Of a stretch of 64,000 bases of DNA, positions 61,685 to 64,000 are shown one piece after another. Below the pieces are notes generated by a model, which worked only from the letters and a program-made list of their open reading frames with translations, had not been told where the DNA came from and made no database searches. Position numbers and translations under genes: made by a program. The DNA comes from Cladosporium halotolerans (taxonomy: Eukaryota). Within the stretch, counting starts at the first letter, position 1, and the number at the start of each line of letters is the position of its first letter. The DNA lies in contig NW_027191481.1 in NCBI RefSeq assembly GCF_011745625.1, positions 62,001 to 126,000 on the forward strand, in the 5' to 3' direction.

Positions 61685-63480
61685 ATGTCCGACAAGCCTA
61701 CCGAGAACGTGGTGCCCGTCACCGAGGCCCCGAAGGACGCTCCCGCCGCCGAGGGTGAGAAGGGTCCCTCCAAGGGTGCCCTCAAGAAGGCCGCGAAGGA
61801 GAAGGAGAAGGTGGGACAATCTTGCGATTAACGTGGGCGCGAGGACACGTGCTGACCGAATATCTTCAGGCCGAGAAGGCCGCCAAGCGCAAGGCCGAGG
61901 AGGAAGCACAGAAGAAGGCCGCCGACGCGAATGACATCTCCAAGGAGGACTATGGCGAGCTCCCCATGCTGGGCTCCCAGCCCTACGTGCCGCCGACTGA
62001 GAAGGTTCCCCGTGTGAACCTCGCTGAGGTTGCGGAGGAGTACAAGGACACCTCTAAGATGGACGAGGCTGGCGGTCCTCAGATCGTCTTCCGCGGCATT
62101 GTGGAGAATGCGAGAGCGCAGGGTGCGAAGCTCACCTTCATCACCTTCAGGCAGGGTCTGGACACCATTCAGGCCGTCGTCGCAGAGAGCGAGACTCTGA
62201 GCAGGCAGATGGTCAAGTTTGCTGGCAAGATCCCGGCCGAGAGCGTCGTCCTCGTCCACGGTCTGGTCAAGAAGCCCAAGGAGCTGGTTAAGAGCACCAC
62301 AATCCAGCACCTCGAGCTGCACGTCAAGAAGCTGTTCGTCGTCGCTAAGGCGGACTCTCAGCTGCCCATGCAGGTCACCGACGCGGAGAGGCCTATTCCT
62401 GGTGATGGCGAGGAAGAGAAGACCGAGGATGACGGAAGGCCTATTGTCACTCTCAACACCAGACTGAACAACCGTGTCATCGATCTACGCGGCAAGCACA
62501 ACACTGCCATCTTCACCATCAAGGACGGTGTGATTGCCCTCTTCCAGGAGTTCCTTCGCAGCAAGAAGTTCGTCGGTGTCAACTCTCCCCGCCTTCTGGG
62601 TGCCCCCTCCGAGGGCGGTGCCAGCGTTTTCGAAGTCAAGTACTTCAACACCAAGGCCTTCCTCGCACAGTCTCCTCAGCTTTACAAGCAGATGCTCATC
62701 GCTTCCCGCTTCGAGCGCGTCATGGAGGTCGGCCCTATCTTCCGTGCCGAGAACAGCAACACTGCCCGTCACCTTACAGAATTCACCGGTCTCGATATGG
62801 AGATGGCTTTCGAGGAGGACTACCACGAGGTTGTTGGTCTTCTCGAGGAGCTCATGCTGTACATCTTCAACGGCCTCAGGACCCGCTACGGCCGCGAGAC
62901 CGACCTCGTCCGCAGCATCTACCAAGTCGAGGAGTTCAAGCTGCCCGAGGCTGGCAAGGTGCCTCGTCTGCCCTTCAGCGAGGGTGTGCAGATGCTCCGC
63001 GACGACGGCGTCGAGATCGGAGACTTCGACGACCTCAGCACCCCCGACGAGAAGCGTCTCGGCGCCCTCGTGCTCAAGAAGTACGGCACCGACTTCTACG
63101 TCCTCGACAAGTACCCTCTCGCCATCCGTCCCTTCTACACCATGCCCAGCGCCGAGACCCAGGCCGCTTACGACCCCAAGAACCCCAACGCCGGCACCTC
63201 CAACAGCTACGACTTCTTCATGCGCGGCCAGGAGATCATGTCCGGCGCCCAGCGTATCCACGACGCCGCTTTCCTCGAGAAGCGCATGCGGGAGTGCGTC
63301 ACTCCCGTCGACCCCAAGAGCGAGGGCCTCAGGGACTACGTCAACGCTTTCAGATACGGCTGCCCGCCTCACGCCGGTGGTGGTATTGGTCTGGAGCGCA
63401 TTGTCATGCTCTGGCTGGGTCTTCCTAATGTCAGGCTGGCTAGTCTGTTCCCCAGGGACCCTAGCAGGCTCTCTCCTTAA
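61685..63480 (+). CDS. DPS1: Cytoplasmic aspartyl-tRNA synthetase (intron 61811-61870)
   Basis: Lys-rich N-terminal extension, OB-fold, 'RLNNRVIDLR', 'SEGGA', 'LAQSPQLYKQ', 'FRAENS..RHLTEF', 'GCPPHAGGGIGLER', 'FPRDP'. Confidence 0.96.
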
Positions 63481-63846
63481 GCTCTGTAAGAGCTGTCATG
63501 GGTTTATGATGCAAATAGAGATGCCATAAAAGTGTTCGAATTTCCTGATCCATGCTTTCGAACCTGGTACCACGTAATGCTGATTGAACGTCATCTTCCT
63601 ATGCCACGCCGGCAGATCTTTCATTGCCATGCCTCCTCAACATCGCGGCATCGTATCGTCAACTCCTGGCTCTGATTTGGCAATGCCTTAACGCGACGTA
63701 AAAGGCTTTATGGTGCCCGGAGAAGCAACATTTGAAGTTGTACAGGGTTGCTGCAGGTACGTAATTCACATGTATATTCTTTCAACAAGAGCGTCTCAAG
63801 CTGGAATTACCTAAAGCTGATGAATTTGAGTCTACACGTAATCTTT

Positions 63847-63919
63847 GAAAGTTTGAAGGTCAATTGTTTCTGCTCTGCGTGATCCCCGAAAGTTTCATGG
63901 TCAGTGTTTCTGCTCTGCG
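63847..63919. repeat. Imperfect direct repeat of about 33 bp
   Basis: GAAAGTTTgaaGGTCAatTGTTTCTGCTCTGCG (63847-63879) versus GAAAGTTTcatGGTCAg-TGTTTCTGCTCTGCG (63888-63919). Confidence 0.7.
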
Positions 63920-64000
63920 GGACGATCACATGCAAATGCTTCGCGCTTGACTTGTGATGCACATGCAAACAAAAGCAACAAATACTCGTCCTCGTCCGCT

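Overview
Gene-dense, GC-rich euchromatin of a filamentous ascomycete. The introns are short GT-AG type with CTRAY branch points; a Dothideomycete (probably Capnodiales/Mycosphaerellales) origin is an inference. I can reconstruct about 24 protein-coding genes and one intron-containing tRNA-Gln(CTG). Recognisable genes include Raptor/KOG1, a Kel1/Tea1-like kelch protein, PEP4, ATG26, FCP1, cytosolic Asp-tRNA synthetase, two F-box proteins, a Zn2Cys6 factor beside two MCH-type MFS transporters, a GT2 glycosyltransferase, acyl-CoA enzymes, RTA1, a VOC/glyoxalase, an ECM4-like GST and an RRT8-like protein. No transposon is evident. The strongest finding is a [D1,2] stwintron (nested spliceosomal twin intron, 5218-5380), which the first F-box gene needs to stay in frame. 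Also notable: a possible peroxisomal acyl-CoA module (PTS1 CoA-ligase, 3-hydroxyacyl-CoA dehydrogenase, PTS2-bearing stand-alone carboxyltransferase), recurrent strand-symmetric C-rich-to-G-rich skew inversions, and a telomere-like 17-mer shared by two upstream regions. Exon boundaries were inferred by eye and need transcript confirmation.
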